Assembly (NCBI GenBank): GCA_035501775.1
Contig: DATJVM010000046.1
Location: 36,244 to 100,243, forward strand
Direction: 5' to 3'
DNA length: 64,000 bases
Source: Gemmatimonadales bacterium
GTDB lineage: Bacteria > Gemmatimonadota > Gemmatimonadetes > Gemmatimonadales > GWC2-71-9
Below are positions 10,481 to 19,283 of this stretch, piece after piece. The stretch's first letter is position 1, and every line of letters starts with the position of its first letter. The notes below the pieces were generated by a model, which searched no databases, had not been told where the DNA came from, and worked only from the letters and a program-made list of their open reading frames with translations. The translations under genes were made by a program, and so were the position numbers.

Positions 10481-12003
10481 CGCTCGACAGCCTGCAGGAA
10501 TTCATCGCGGCCATCGAGGGCATCGGTGAACTGGTGCGCATCCGGGAGCCGGTCCGCGCGAGGCTCGAGGTGGCGGAGATCGCCGACCGCTGCATGAAGA
10601 GCCCCGGCGGCGGCCCGGCGCTCCTTTTCGAACACGTCGTGCTGGAAGGGGGCCGGCGGAGCGAGTGGCCGGTGGCGATCAACTTGTTCGGCTCCATGCG
10701 GCGGATGGGGCTGGCGCTGGGCGTGAGCGACCTCGACGAGATCGGCCACCGGATCAGCGACCTCCTCAATCTCAAGGTTCCCGACGGCCTGTTAGGCAAA
10801 CTGGCCATGCTTCCCAAGCTGGCTGAGGTCGCGAAGTTTCCGCCCCGCCGACGGAGCGTCCGCGCGCCGTGTCAGGAGATCGTGCTGCGGGACGCCGAGA
10901 TTGACCTCGATCGCATACCCTTTCTCACGACCTGGCCTCAGGACGCGGGGCGCTACATCACCCTGCCGATGGTGGTCACGCAAGACCCGGCGAGCGGAGT
11001 GCGGAACGTGGGGATGTATCGGGTCCAGGTACTGGGGCGCTCCACGCTGGCCATGCACTGGCAGCGACACAAGGTCGGCGCGGCCCATTGGCGGCACCTC
11101 GCCGAGCGTGGCGAGCGGATGCCGGTGGTGATCGCGGTCGGCGCGGATCCCGCCAGCGTCTACTCCGCCTCGGCCCCGCTCCCGCCCACGATCGACGAGT
11201 TTCTGTTCGCGGGCTTTCTCCGCCGGGAGCCGGTGGAACTGGTCAAGGCGGTGAGCTGCGACCTCGAGGTGCCCGCGGAATCGGAGTTCGTGATCGAGGG
11301 CTACATCGACCCGGCCGAACCTCTGGTGATGGAGGGGCCCTTCGGCGATCACACCGGGTTCTACTCGCTGGCCGACCGGTATCCCCAGGTGCACGTCACG
11401 GCCATCACCATGCGGAGTTCCCCGGTCTACGCTGCCACCCTGGTGGGGCGGCCTCCGATGGAGGACTACTACCTGGGGCACGCCACCGAGCGGATCTTCC
11501 TGCCGCTCATCCGGCTCACGATTCCCGAAATCGTGGATTACCACATGCCGGCGTACGGGATCTTCCACAACTTGGTGTTCGTCGCCATCGACAAGCAGTA
11601 CCCCGGCCAGGCGTACAAGGTGATGAACGCCCTGTGGGGCGCCGGCCTCATGTCGCTCGCCAAGGTGATCGTCGTGGTGGACCGGGACGTCAATGTGCGC
11701 GATCCGGACGAGGCGTGGTGGATTGCGCTCAACCATATTGACCCGGAGCGGGACGTTCGCTTTACGCGCGGGCCGGTGGACGTCCTGGACCATGCCAGCG
11801 AGTTCTTCACCTTCGGCACCAAGATGGGCATCGATGCCACGCGGAAATGGAAGGACGAGGGATTCTCGCGGGAGTGGCCGGACCGGATCGTCATGGACGA
11901 GGCCACTCGTCAGGCGGTTGACGCGCTGTGGCCGCGGCTCGGCATCTCGCTGCACGGATCGGGGACAATGGGTCCGCCCGGGAGAGGACCCACCACGGGC
12001 TGA
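10477..12003 (+). CDS. ubiD: UbiD-family prenylated-FMN-dependent decarboxylase (MqnL-like by context)
   Basis: 508 aa with the typical UbiD layout and sequence (ITLPMVVTQDP, GMYRVQV, GADP, EGPFGDHTGFYS). ATGA overlap with the ubiE stop. Confidence 0.9.
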   Translation: MTLDSLQEFIAAIEGIGELVRIREPVRARLEVAEIADRCMKSPGGGPALLFEHVVLEGGRRSEWPVAINLFGSMRRMGLALGVSDLDEIGHRISDLLNLKVPDGLLGKLAMLPKLAEVAKFPPRRRSVRAPCQEIVLRDAEIDLDRIPFLTTWPQDAGRYITLPMVVTQDPASGVRNVGMYRVQVLGRSTLAMHWQRHKVGAAHWRHLAERGERMPVVIAVGADPASVYSASAPLPPTIDEFLFAGFLRREPVELVKAVSCDLEVPAESEFVIEGYIDPAEPLVMEGPFGDHTGFYSLADRYPQVHVTAITMRSSPVYAATLVGRPPMEDYYLGHATERIFLPLIRLTIPEIVDYHMPAYGIFHNLVFVAIDKQYPGQAYKVMNALWGAGLMSLAKVIVVVDRDVNVRDPDEAWWIALNHIDPERDVRFTRGPVDVLDHASEFFTFGTKMGIDATRKWKDEGFSREWPDRIVMDEATRQAVDALWPRLGISLHGSGTMGPPGRGPTTG

Positions 12004-12062
12004 TCCGCCCGCCCGACCCACGACCTGACGCCCTTCATCCTGACCGCACTCGAGGTGTTCGG

Positions 12063-14567
12063 ATGTCGTCCCTGACGCGTCGTGACCTGCTCCGTGCCGG
12101 TCTTCTGGTTTCGGCTTCCACACTCGCGATTGGCCCCGCGACCCGCGCTTTGCTGGGCGAGGTTCCCGCCGGAGGGCCGGGCGCGCCGCCCGCGCTTCCT
12201 CCGCGGGACCGTCTGCTCTTCGACTTCGGGTGGAAGTTCTTCCAGGGGCACGCCACCGATCCGAGACGTGATCTCGGGTTCGGGATGGGGCAGGGTGACT
12301 TTGCCAAGAGCGGGGAGTTCGACTTCGCGACGGCGAAGTTCGACGACTCCCAGTGGCGCCCGCTTGACCTGCCGCATGACTGGGCCGTCGAGTTGCCCTT
12401 CGTCCGGGATGACGAGCAGAGCAGTCACGGCTACAAGCCGCTGGGCCGGCGCTACCCGGAAACGAGCATCGGCTGGTATCGCCGCACCTTCGACCTGCCG
12501 GACACCGACCGCGGCCGGCGCATCGCGGTGGAGTTTGACGGGGCGTTCCGGAGCGCGCTGGTCTTTCTCAACGGGTACTTCATTGGCCGGAACGACAACG
12601 GCTACGCGCCCTTCTGCTTCGACATCACCGACTTTGCCAACGTCGGCGGCCAGAATCATCTCGTGGTGCGCATGGACGCCAGCTTCGGTGACGGGTGGTT
12701 CTACGAAGGAGCCGGCATCTACCGCCATGTGTGGCTGACCAAGACGGACCCGCTCCATCTCGCGCGCTGGGAGAGCTACGTGCGCCCCGAGGTCAGGGGC
12801 GGAGCGGCGGTGCTCAACCTGGGCGCCGTGGTCCAGAACGAGGGTCGACGGGCCGAGCCGTGCCGCGTGCGGTGGCAGATTCTCGATGCCGGAGGGAAGG
12901 CGGTGGCCAGCGCCGACGCCCAGCCGCAAACGGTCGCCGCCGACGCCGCGGCGACGTTCACCGCCGCCACAAGAATCACTAATCCCTCGCTCTGGTCTTC
13001 GGAGGCTCCGAGCCTGTACTCGGCGGTGGTCACGGTCGAGTCCGGTGGCCAGGCGCGCGATGCGGAGCGCGTGACCTTCGGCGTACGGGACATCAAGTGG
13101 GATCCCGAACGGGGATTCTTCCTGAACGGCAAGTCCGTCAAGATCCGGGGGACCTGCAACCATCAGGATCACGCCGGTGTCGGGGCGGCGCTGCCGGATC
13201 GCCTGCAGGCCTATCGGGTGGCCGTGTTGAAGGACATGGGAGGGAACGCCGTCCGCACTTCACACAACATGCCGACGCCCGAATGGGTGGAAGCCTGCGA
13301 TCGCATGGGCATGATGATGATGTGCGAGACCCGCCTGATGAGCTCGAACCCCGAAGGCATGGCGCAGCTGGAAGCGATGATCAAGCGGTATCGCAACTCG
13401 CCCTCGATCATCATCTGGTCCATGGGCAACGAGGAGTGGACCATGATGCCCCAGCCGCAAGGTGTGCGGGTTATCGATGACATGATCGCCAGGGCCCATG
13501 CGCTCGATCCGACTCGGCCCTGCACCGCGGCGGTGAACGCGGCCTTCGAGACGCCCTTCCCGGAACAGCTCGATGTGATGGGCTTCAACTACAACCTGGG
13601 CGTCATCGATGCGTGGCACAGCGCGCATCCCGGGGTTCCGTGTGTTGGAACGGAAACGGCGAGCACCGTGTGCACCCGTGGGGTGTACCTCACCGACAAG
13701 CTGCGCAACTGGGTAAGCGCGTACGACGCGGTGCACCCCCCGTGGGCTGAGCTTGCGGAAGAGTGGTGGAAGTTCTACGCCGCGCGGGAGTGGCTTGCCG
13801 GTGGCTTTGCCTGGACCGGCTTCGACTACCGCGGCGAGCCGACGCCGTATGGATGGCCCTCCATCGGCTCCCAGTTCGGCATTGTGGACATGTGCGGATT
13901 CCCCAAGGACAACTTCTACTACTACAAGGCGTGGTGGGGGTCGGAACCCGTGCTCCACCTGCTGCCGCACTGGAACTGGGAGGAGCGCCTGGGTGAGCCG
14001 ATCGCCGTTTGGGCGCAGACCAATCTCGATGCGGTCGAGCTGTTCCTCAACGGCAAGAGCCAGGGCTCCCGAGCGGTGGAGCGGCTCGGCCACGTGGAGT
14101 GGCAGGTTCCCTATCAGCCCGGCGTGCTCGAGGCGCGGGGGATGAGAGACGGGAAGGTGGTGCTGACGACAAAGCGCGAGACGACTGGCAGGCCCGCGTC
14201 CATCCGGGTCACTCCCGACCGCGATGAGATCGGCGCGGATGGGCAGGATGTGGCGATCCTCCGCGCGGAAGTCCTCGATGGGGAAGGTCGGGCGATCCCC
14301 ACCGCCGATCTGGCGCTTACCTTCAAGGTTACTGGCGAGGGCAGGCTGATCGGCGTGGGCAACGGCGACCCGAATTGCCAGGAATCCGACAAGGGGCCGC
14401 GGCGCAGTCTGTTCAACGGATTGGCCCAGGCGCTCGTGCAGTCGACGCGCTCGCCGGGAACGATCACCATCGAAGTGTTCGCCGGCGAGGGGCCGTCTCC
14501 GAAACTGCCCGGCACAACCGTAACGATTACGACCAGGCGCGTGGAGTCGCGGCCGTCGGTACGCTGA
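12063..14567 (+). CDS. Glycoside hydrolase family 2 (beta-galactosidase/beta-glucuronidase-like), Tat-exported
   Basis: ORF 11928..14567. ATG at 12063 gives the twin-arginine signal MSSLTRRDLLRAGLLVSAS. GH2 motifs NHQDHAGVGAA and WSMGNEEW (acid/base Glu). Confidence 0.9.
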   Translation: MSSLTRRDLLRAGLLVSASTLAIGPATRALLGEVPAGGPGAPPALPPRDRLLFDFGWKFFQGHATDPRRDLGFGMGQGDFAKSGEFDFATAKFDDSQWRPLDLPHDWAVELPFVRDDEQSSHGYKPLGRRYPETSIGWYRRTFDLPDTDRGRRIAVEFDGAFRSALVFLNGYFIGRNDNGYAPFCFDITDFANVGGQNHLVVRMDASFGDGWFYEGAGIYRHVWLTKTDPLHLARWESYVRPEVRGGAAVLNLGAVVQNEGRRAEPCRVRWQILDAGGKAVASADAQPQTVAADAAATFTAATRITNPSLWSSEAPSLYSAVVTVESGGQARDAERVTFGVRDIKWDPERGFFLNGKSVKIRGTCNHQDHAGVGAALPDRLQAYRVAVLKDMGGNAVRTSHNMPTPEWVEACDRMGMMMMCETRLMSSNPEGMAQLEAMIKRYRNSPSIIIWSMGNEEWTMMPQPQGVRVIDDMIARAHALDPTRPCTAAVNAAFETPFPEQLDVMGFNYNLGVIDAWHSAHPGVPCVGTETASTVCTRGVYLTDKLRNWVSAYDAVHPPWAELAEEWWKFYAAREWLAGGFAWTGFDYRGEPTPYGWPSIGSQFGIVDMCGFPKDNFYYYKAWWGSEPVLHLLPHWNWEERLGEPIAVWAQTNLDAVELFLNGKSQGSRAVERLGHVEWQVPYQPGVLEARGMRDGKVVLTTKRETTGRPASIRVTPDRDEIGADGQDVAILRAEVLDGEGRAIPTADLALTFKVTGEGRLIGVGNGDPNCQESDKGPRRSLFNGLAQALVQSTRSPGTITIEVFAGEGPSPKLPGTTVTITTRRVESRPSVR

Positions 14568-14604
14568 TCCGGCCTTGCAGACTCGCTCGCACGAACCGAC
14601 GACC

Positions 14605-15537
14605 ATGAAGCCACTGCTCACCGCCGACCGCTCGCCCCGGCCATCCCGTGAAGGCCAGACCTGGGAGGGCAGGTCGCTGCTGGTCCGGTACGTGAATTTC
14701 GTCAAGCTGCCGCACACGCTGTTCGCGCTTCCATTCGCGCTGCTCGGCGTGTTGGCGGCGTCATACGCGACACGCGTCACCTGGCGCACCGTGGCGCTCG
14801 TGGTGGCCGCGTTCAGCGCGGCCCGGTGGGTCGCGATGGGTTTCAATCGCATCGTCGACCGCGACTTCGACGCGCGAAACCCGCGCACGATGAATCGGGA
14901 GCTGCCGCGCGGCACCCTGTCGCTCGCGCAGGCATGGGCCTCGGTCCTCGTGGCCGGCGCGGCCTTCCTTCTGTGCGCCGAGTGGCTCAATCGCCTCTGT
15001 CTGTACCTGAGCCCGTTGGCCCTCGCCTGGGTGATGCTTTACAGCGTGAGCAAGCGCTTCACGTGGTGGCCGCATCTCTGGCTGGGGCTCTCCCTGGCCA
15101 TCGCCCCCGTCGGGGGGTACCTCGCTGTCCTCGGCCGCTGGAGCGATCCGTGGTGGGTGCTGGCGGCCATCACTGTGGCCGTGGCCACCTGGGTGGCGGG
15201 ATTCGACATCTTCTACGCCCTGCCAGACGCCGCATTCGACCGTACCGAGGGGCTCAAGAGCGCCGTGGTTCGCCTGGGCGAGCCTCGGGCGATTCTCCTG
15301 GCCAAGCTGTTGCACGGGATCACGGTGCCGGCATTGGTGTTGTTTGGCTGGGGCGCGGGCTTCGGGGGCTGGTACCTCTGTGGCGTCCTCGTGGCCGCGG
15401 GCCTCCTGGTCTACGAGCATCAGCTGGTGAAGCCTGGCGACCTGTCCCGGCTCGATGCCGCGTTCTTTACGATGAACGGAGTGATGAGTGTGACGGTGTT
15501 CGGGTTCGCGTTGCTGGATCGCGTTCTACGGCGGTAG
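14605..15537 (+). CDS. ubiA: UbiA-family aromatic polyprenyltransferase (4-hydroxybenzoate or MqnP-like)
   Basis: ORF 14575..15537, ATG at 14605. Multi-TM protein with the Asp-rich motif NRIVDRDFDARNPRT. Confidence 0.85.
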   Translation: MKPLLTADRSPRPSREGQTWEGRSLLVRYVNFVKLPHTLFALPFALLGVLAASYATRVTWRTVALVVAAFSAARWVAMGFNRIVDRDFDARNPRTMNRELPRGTLSLAQAWASVLVAGAAFLLCAEWLNRLCLYLSPLALAWVMLYSVSKRFTWWPHLWLGLSLAIAPVGGYLAVLGRWSDPWWVLAAITVAVATWVAGFDIFYALPDAAFDRTEGLKSAVVRLGEPRAILLAKLLHGITVPALVLFGWGAGFGGWYLCGVLVAAGLLVYEHQLVKPGDLSRLDAAFFTMNGVMSVTVFGFALLDRVLRR

Positions 15538-15640
15538 AGCGGTAGGGCGGTAGGGCGGTAGGGCGGTAGGGCGGTAGGCTAACGGCTAACGGCTAACGGC
15601 TGACGGCTAATGGCTGACGGCTGATGACTGACGTCTGACA
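15532..15640. repeat. Two abutting microsatellite-like arrays: (GCGGTAGG/GGTAGGGC)x6, then (CTAACGG)x about 9, degenerating
   Basis: Read directly from the sequence: gcggtaga gcggtagg x5, then ctaacgg x3, ctgacgg, ctaatgg, ctgacgg, ctgatga, ctgacgt. The first unit contains the ubiA TAG stop. Confidence 0.95.
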
Positions 15641-15653
15641 AGGAGCATCTCAC

Positions 15654-15803
15654 ATGAGCAAACGTCCACGCGAAACGCTGATACCCCAGCGCGGCCGCGG
15701 GAAGCCGAGACCGGAGAAGGGCGCGATTCAGCCCAAGGTCCCGCCGCCGGCACCGGAGCGCCATCCGGTCAAGACGCCCACCGCAAGCCGGCGAGGGCGC
15801 TGA
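15654..15803 (+). CDS. Possible 49-aa highly basic Pro/Arg/Lys-rich small protein
   Basis: AAGGAG at 15640-15645 lies 8 nt upstream of ATG 15654. The ORF MSKRPRETLIPQRGRGKPRPEKGAIQPKVPPPAPERHPVKTPTASRRGR ends at TGA 15801-15803, 2 nt before the ubiX ATG. It is below the ORF-track length cutoff. Confidence 0.3.
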   Translation: MSKRPRETLIPQRGRGKPRPEKGAIQPKVPPPAPERHPVKTPTASRRGR

Positions 15804-15805
15804 GC

Positions 15806-16384
15806 ATGGACCCGCTGGTGGTGGCGATCACCGGGGCATCCGGCGCGCCGTACGGCGTCCGGCTCCTGGAGGTGCTTGCCCGCCAGCGGGTGCCCGTCTG
15901 GCTCATCGTCTCTGGTCACGGGTGGCGCCTGCTCAAAGCGGAGTGCGGGATCGCGGACGAGGCCGCGCTGCGCACCGCGACCGGCGGCGACTGGTCGACC
16001 GTCACGCCGTTCGGCGATGACGACCGCGGAGGAAGGCCCGCGTCCGGATCGGCGAAGTCGCAGGGCATGGTGGTGTGCCCCTGCTCGATGGGGACCGTGG
16101 CTGCCATCGCGTCGGGCAGCAGTCGCTCTCTGGTGGAGCGGGCGGCGGACGTGGCCCTGAAGGAGCGACGGAAGCTGGTGCTGGTCCCGCGCGAAACGCC
16201 ACTCTCTCTCGTTCATCTCCGGAATCTCACCGCTGCCACCGAGGCCGGCGCCGTTGTCCTCCCAGCCGCGCCCGGCTTCTATCACCGCCCCGACGCCGTG
16301 GGGCAGCTCGTCGACTTCATCGTGCAGCGAGTCCTCGATCAACTCGGGCTCGACATCGAGATCGCGCCGAGGTGGCAGGGATAA
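15806..16384 (+). CDS. ubiX: Flavin prenyltransferase UbiX (MqnM-like by context)
   Basis: ITGASGAPYGVRLLE N-terminus. Size (192 aa) and motifs are typical of UbiX/Pad1. Confidence 0.9.
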   Translation: MDPLVVAITGASGAPYGVRLLEVLARQRVPVWLIVSGHGWRLLKAECGIADEAALRTATGGDWSTVTPFGDDDRGGRPASGSAKSQGMVVCPCSMGTVAAIASGSSRSLVERAADVALKERRKLVLVPRETPLSLVHLRNLTAATEAGAVVLPAAPGFYHRPDAVGQLVDFIVQRVLDQLGLDIEIAPRWQG

Positions 16385-16393
16385 CGGCGGGCA

Positions 16394-16876
16394 ATGCGGC
16401 TCGGCATCATCTCCGACACCCATGGGCTGGTGCGCCCCGAGGTCTTCGACGTCTTCGCGCAGGTCGACCTGATCCTGCACGCCGGCGACATCGGATCATC
16501 GGACGTCCTGGTGCAGCTCGAAGCGCTCGCCCCTGTCATTGCGGTCTATGGAAACTGCGACGACTTCGAGATCCGTTCCCGGACCCCGGCCACGGTGGAG
16601 CGGCGCATCGAGGGGTTGGATTTCGTGCTGGTCCACGGCGATCACCTCGGCTCACCCACGCCCGATGGGCTCCATAAGGAGTTTCCCGCCGCCGAAGTGA
16701 TCGTCTACGGACACACCCATCGTCCGCTCCTCACCACCATCGATCTCGTCGTGACGGTCATGAACCCCGGGGGCGCCGGCCAGCGGCGGTTCGATCTTCC
16801 GCCGTCGGTGGGGATCATGGAGCTGGAAGCCGGCTTGCCGCCCCGCGCGAGACTCGTGCCGCTGATCGATCTGTGA
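16394..16876 (+). CDS. YfcE/MJ0936-family metallophosphoesterase
   Basis: Motifs MRLGIISDTHG, GD..S, GNCD and GHTH. 160 aa. Confidence 0.85.
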   Translation: MRLGIISDTHGLVRPEVFDVFAQVDLILHAGDIGSSDVLVQLEALAPVIAVYGNCDDFEIRSRTPATVERRIEGLDFVLVHGDHLGSPTPDGLHKEFPAAEVIVYGHTHRPLLTTIDLVVTVMNPGGAGQRRFDLPPSVGIMELEAGLPPRARLVPLIDL

Positions 16877-17071
16877 GGTGAGGCTTCCAAGACCGGAGTG
16901 ATCAGGGCCGGTACCTGGGCCATCATCCCGAGGGGCGGAGCCCCGAGGGACCTGCCTTCCTGTCCTCGGCGTCGCTCGACTGACACCGAGCCGTCCGGAC
17001 TGGACCCCTCGCTGCGCTCGGGATGATGCAGCGGAAGATCGTTGCAGCAGTCGCCAGCAGACGTGCCCGCT

Positions 17072-19267
17072 TCATTCAACGATGCTGATCGATTGCGTCG
17101 TGCGTGCCTGGGCTCCATCCTCGCGGGCAACCTCCACGATCAGCTCGTACTGGCCGGGCTGCACGGTCTCGAACGAGAGGGAGCGGGTCACGCGTGTCGT
17201 TGCTCCCTCGGCGTCCCCCTCCCATCCGGTCGTAAGCACAATCCTCTTCCCTCGACGAAGCGACAGCCGAGCGGAGTAGGACGAGCCGGTTCGGAGCCCG
17301 TAGATCTCGTAATAGAGCGCGATCGTATCGGTCCGGCGCCAGGTGCGGCGCGGATTGAAGTAGGCGGTATCCCCCTCCGCCGGGACCCAGCGCGCTCCCC
17401 GCTGTTCCTTGGAGAGGACAAGGTCGCTCACCGCGAGCCCCCCGCCGGTGAAGCGGCGGACATCGATCGAATCGGTGGGGAGAACGATGCCGGTCGAATC
17501 GCGAGTTTCGAGCGAGATCCGATAACGCCAGCGACCGGCGGGAGCCGGGACGGTGACGCGGCCCACGGCATCGACCGCGCCCCGCGCGGCCTCATCCCCG
17601 GGAAGCAGGATGAGCGAGGTCGTATCGACGTATGCCCCGACATGGCCCGCGCTGTCGAGGAGGCTCAGGCGGACCCGGAGCGGAAGGCGGAACGCCACCC
17701 GCTCGGGGAGCCGGGTCGGAGCCTCCAGGGCGACCTGGTAGGCAACGTGAATCAGCTGCTGTTCGCCGGCCGTGCCCACGGCAAAGGCCGCCGCCGCGGC
17801 CTCGAGGGCATGGGCGAACTTCGGCTCGTCTCCATCGCTGGAGACCGCCAGCGCCGCGCTCACTCTGGCGAGGTCGCTCTCCTCGCGGAGCACCCTGGCC
17901 GCGCCGTACCGGCCCCAGCTCTGGACCTTGCAGAATGGAGGGTACAGCGGGCAGCGATCGCCGATGATGACGTCCCTCGAGTCCTCATTCGTGTCCCCAC
18001 CGATCTCGAGGGCGCTCGGAATCAGGCGATAGTCGCGGATGTCACCGCCGGGATTGGCGGCGAAATCGAGGAGGAAGTCGCCGTCGGCACGGCGGTAGCG
18101 CCAGGTCTGATTGGGCGAGACGCCGAAGGCGTGCGTCTCGACCTTGGCGTCGGGCTCTCCGTAGCGGATATAGATGATCCCACGGTCGTCGAAACGGGTG
18201 CTGTTCGAATGGTAGATATCGGTCCACCCGCCGTTGCCGCCCAGGCCGTAGTGTCGCCGGTTCACCTCGAGCCCGTACCGTCGTTCGGCCGTTGTGATAC
18301 GCCGGTAGTGCTCCCGCAGCCGCTCCGGCTCGCTCCTGAGCGCCTGCGCCGCATGGTCCGACCAGAAGCGGTGCAGGGCCGCCGCCCGGCCTGGGCCACT
18401 GGCTCTGTCGAAGGCCGCGAGCGTGCTGTCGTCGGCGATGAGCGCGAGGTCTTCCCGGTACGCTGCTGCGCTGCTCGAGTCGTCCGCGGCCGCCCCCGCG
18501 TAATACGCGGAATCCCCGCCTGGCTCCCCGGCGACAAACAGGCTCCAGGCTAGCTCGTGAAGGCCCAGCCCCGGATTGCCGCCGGCGGCGAGATAGCGCC
18601 GGAACAGTCGGACCGAAGCCAGCGAGTCGCCCATCAACCGCTCCAGGCGCCCCAGTTCGAAGAGCAGCGTCGTGTCCGGCGCATCCTCGCTGGCGGCCCG
18701 GCGCAGCGCGGGCAGCACTACCTCCTTCTTCCGGGTGGTGTCCCCAAGGATCTGGGCGACCTGATACAGCCCGTGGGCAGCCACCGGGTCGCTGGGATCG
18801 AGCTCGAGGGCGCGGGCGAAGCTTCTGAGGGCCTCCTCGTACGACCCGAAGCCTACGCGCTTCCCGATGTTGAGCCGATCGCCGGCGAGCCAGTCACCCT
18901 CGGCCTGATACGCGACGCCTCGATAGGCCCACGTCGAGCCGGTGCCCGGCTCCAGTTCCGCGGCCTGATCGAAATCCCCGGTGGCCCGGCGGAAGCTCCA
19001 CCCATCGCCCAGCTCGCCGAGGCGGATCCGCACCAGGCCGCGCCGCAGGTGACGGTCGGCTTCGGCGGCGGAGTCGCTGAGCGATTCGTGGTAGCGATGC
19101 TCGAGATCGCGGAGCCGCGCCGGGTCTTCGATGGCGGCGACTTCAGTTTGGAAGGCCCGCAGGTCCCGCGGGGGGAAGACGGCCTGCGCACTCAGCCGAT
19201 GAGATGAGCCAAGCGACGCGGCCAGCAGGCTGGCGGCGAGCAGGGTGCGGCGAGGGGCGAGGGCCAT
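17072..19267 (-). CDS. Secreted TPR plus GWxTD domain protein
   Basis: Signal peptide MALAPRRTLLAASLLAASLG, TPR-like N-terminal half, and a GWxTD-type motif GGWTDIYHSNSTRFDDRGIIYIRYGEPD. Confidence 0.7.
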   Translation of the reverse strand: MALAPRRTLLAASLLAASLGSSHRLSAQAVFPPRDLRAFQTEVAAIEDPARLRDLEHRYHESLSDSAAEADRHLRRGLVRIRLGELGDGWSFRRATGDFDQAAELEPGTGSTWAYRGVAYQAEGDWLAGDRLNIGKRVGFGSYEEALRSFARALELDPSDPVAAHGLYQVAQILGDTTRKKEVVLPALRRAASEDAPDTTLLFELGRLERLMGDSLASVRLFRRYLAAGGNPGLGLHELAWSLFVAGEPGGDSAYYAGAAADDSSSAAAYREDLALIADDSTLAAFDRASGPGRAAALHRFWSDHAAQALRSEPERLREHYRRITTAERRYGLEVNRRHYGLGGNGGWTDIYHSNSTRFDDRGIIYIRYGEPDAKVETHAFGVSPNQTWRYRRADGDFLLDFAANPGGDIRDYRLIPSALEIGGDTNEDSRDVIIGDRCPLYPPFCKVQSWGRYGAARVLREESDLARVSAALAVSSDGDEPKFAHALEAAAAAFAVGTAGEQQLIHVAYQVALEAPTRLPERVAFRLPLRVRLSLLDSAGHVGAYVDTTSLILLPGDEAARGAVDAVGRVTVPAPAGRWRYRISLETRDSTGIVLPTDSIDVRRFTGGGLAVSDLVLSKEQRGARWVPAEGDTAYFNPRRTWRRTDTIALYYEIYGLRTGSSYSARLSLRRGKRIVLTTGWEGDAEGATTRVTRSLSFETVQPGQYELIVEVAREDGAQARTTQSISIVE

Positions 19268-19283
19268 CCCGGCCTCCGGGTGG

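Noticed and set aside
15532-15640. Possible CRISPR array.
   Set aside because: The units are only 7-8 nt, directly abut each other with no spacers, and no cas genes are present. This is microsatellite-type repetition.
15579-15764. 61-aa minus-strand ORF across the heptamer array.
   Set aside because: It is a translation of repeat DNA (LAVSRQPSAISRQP...). It stays open only because the arrays lack stops on the minus strand.
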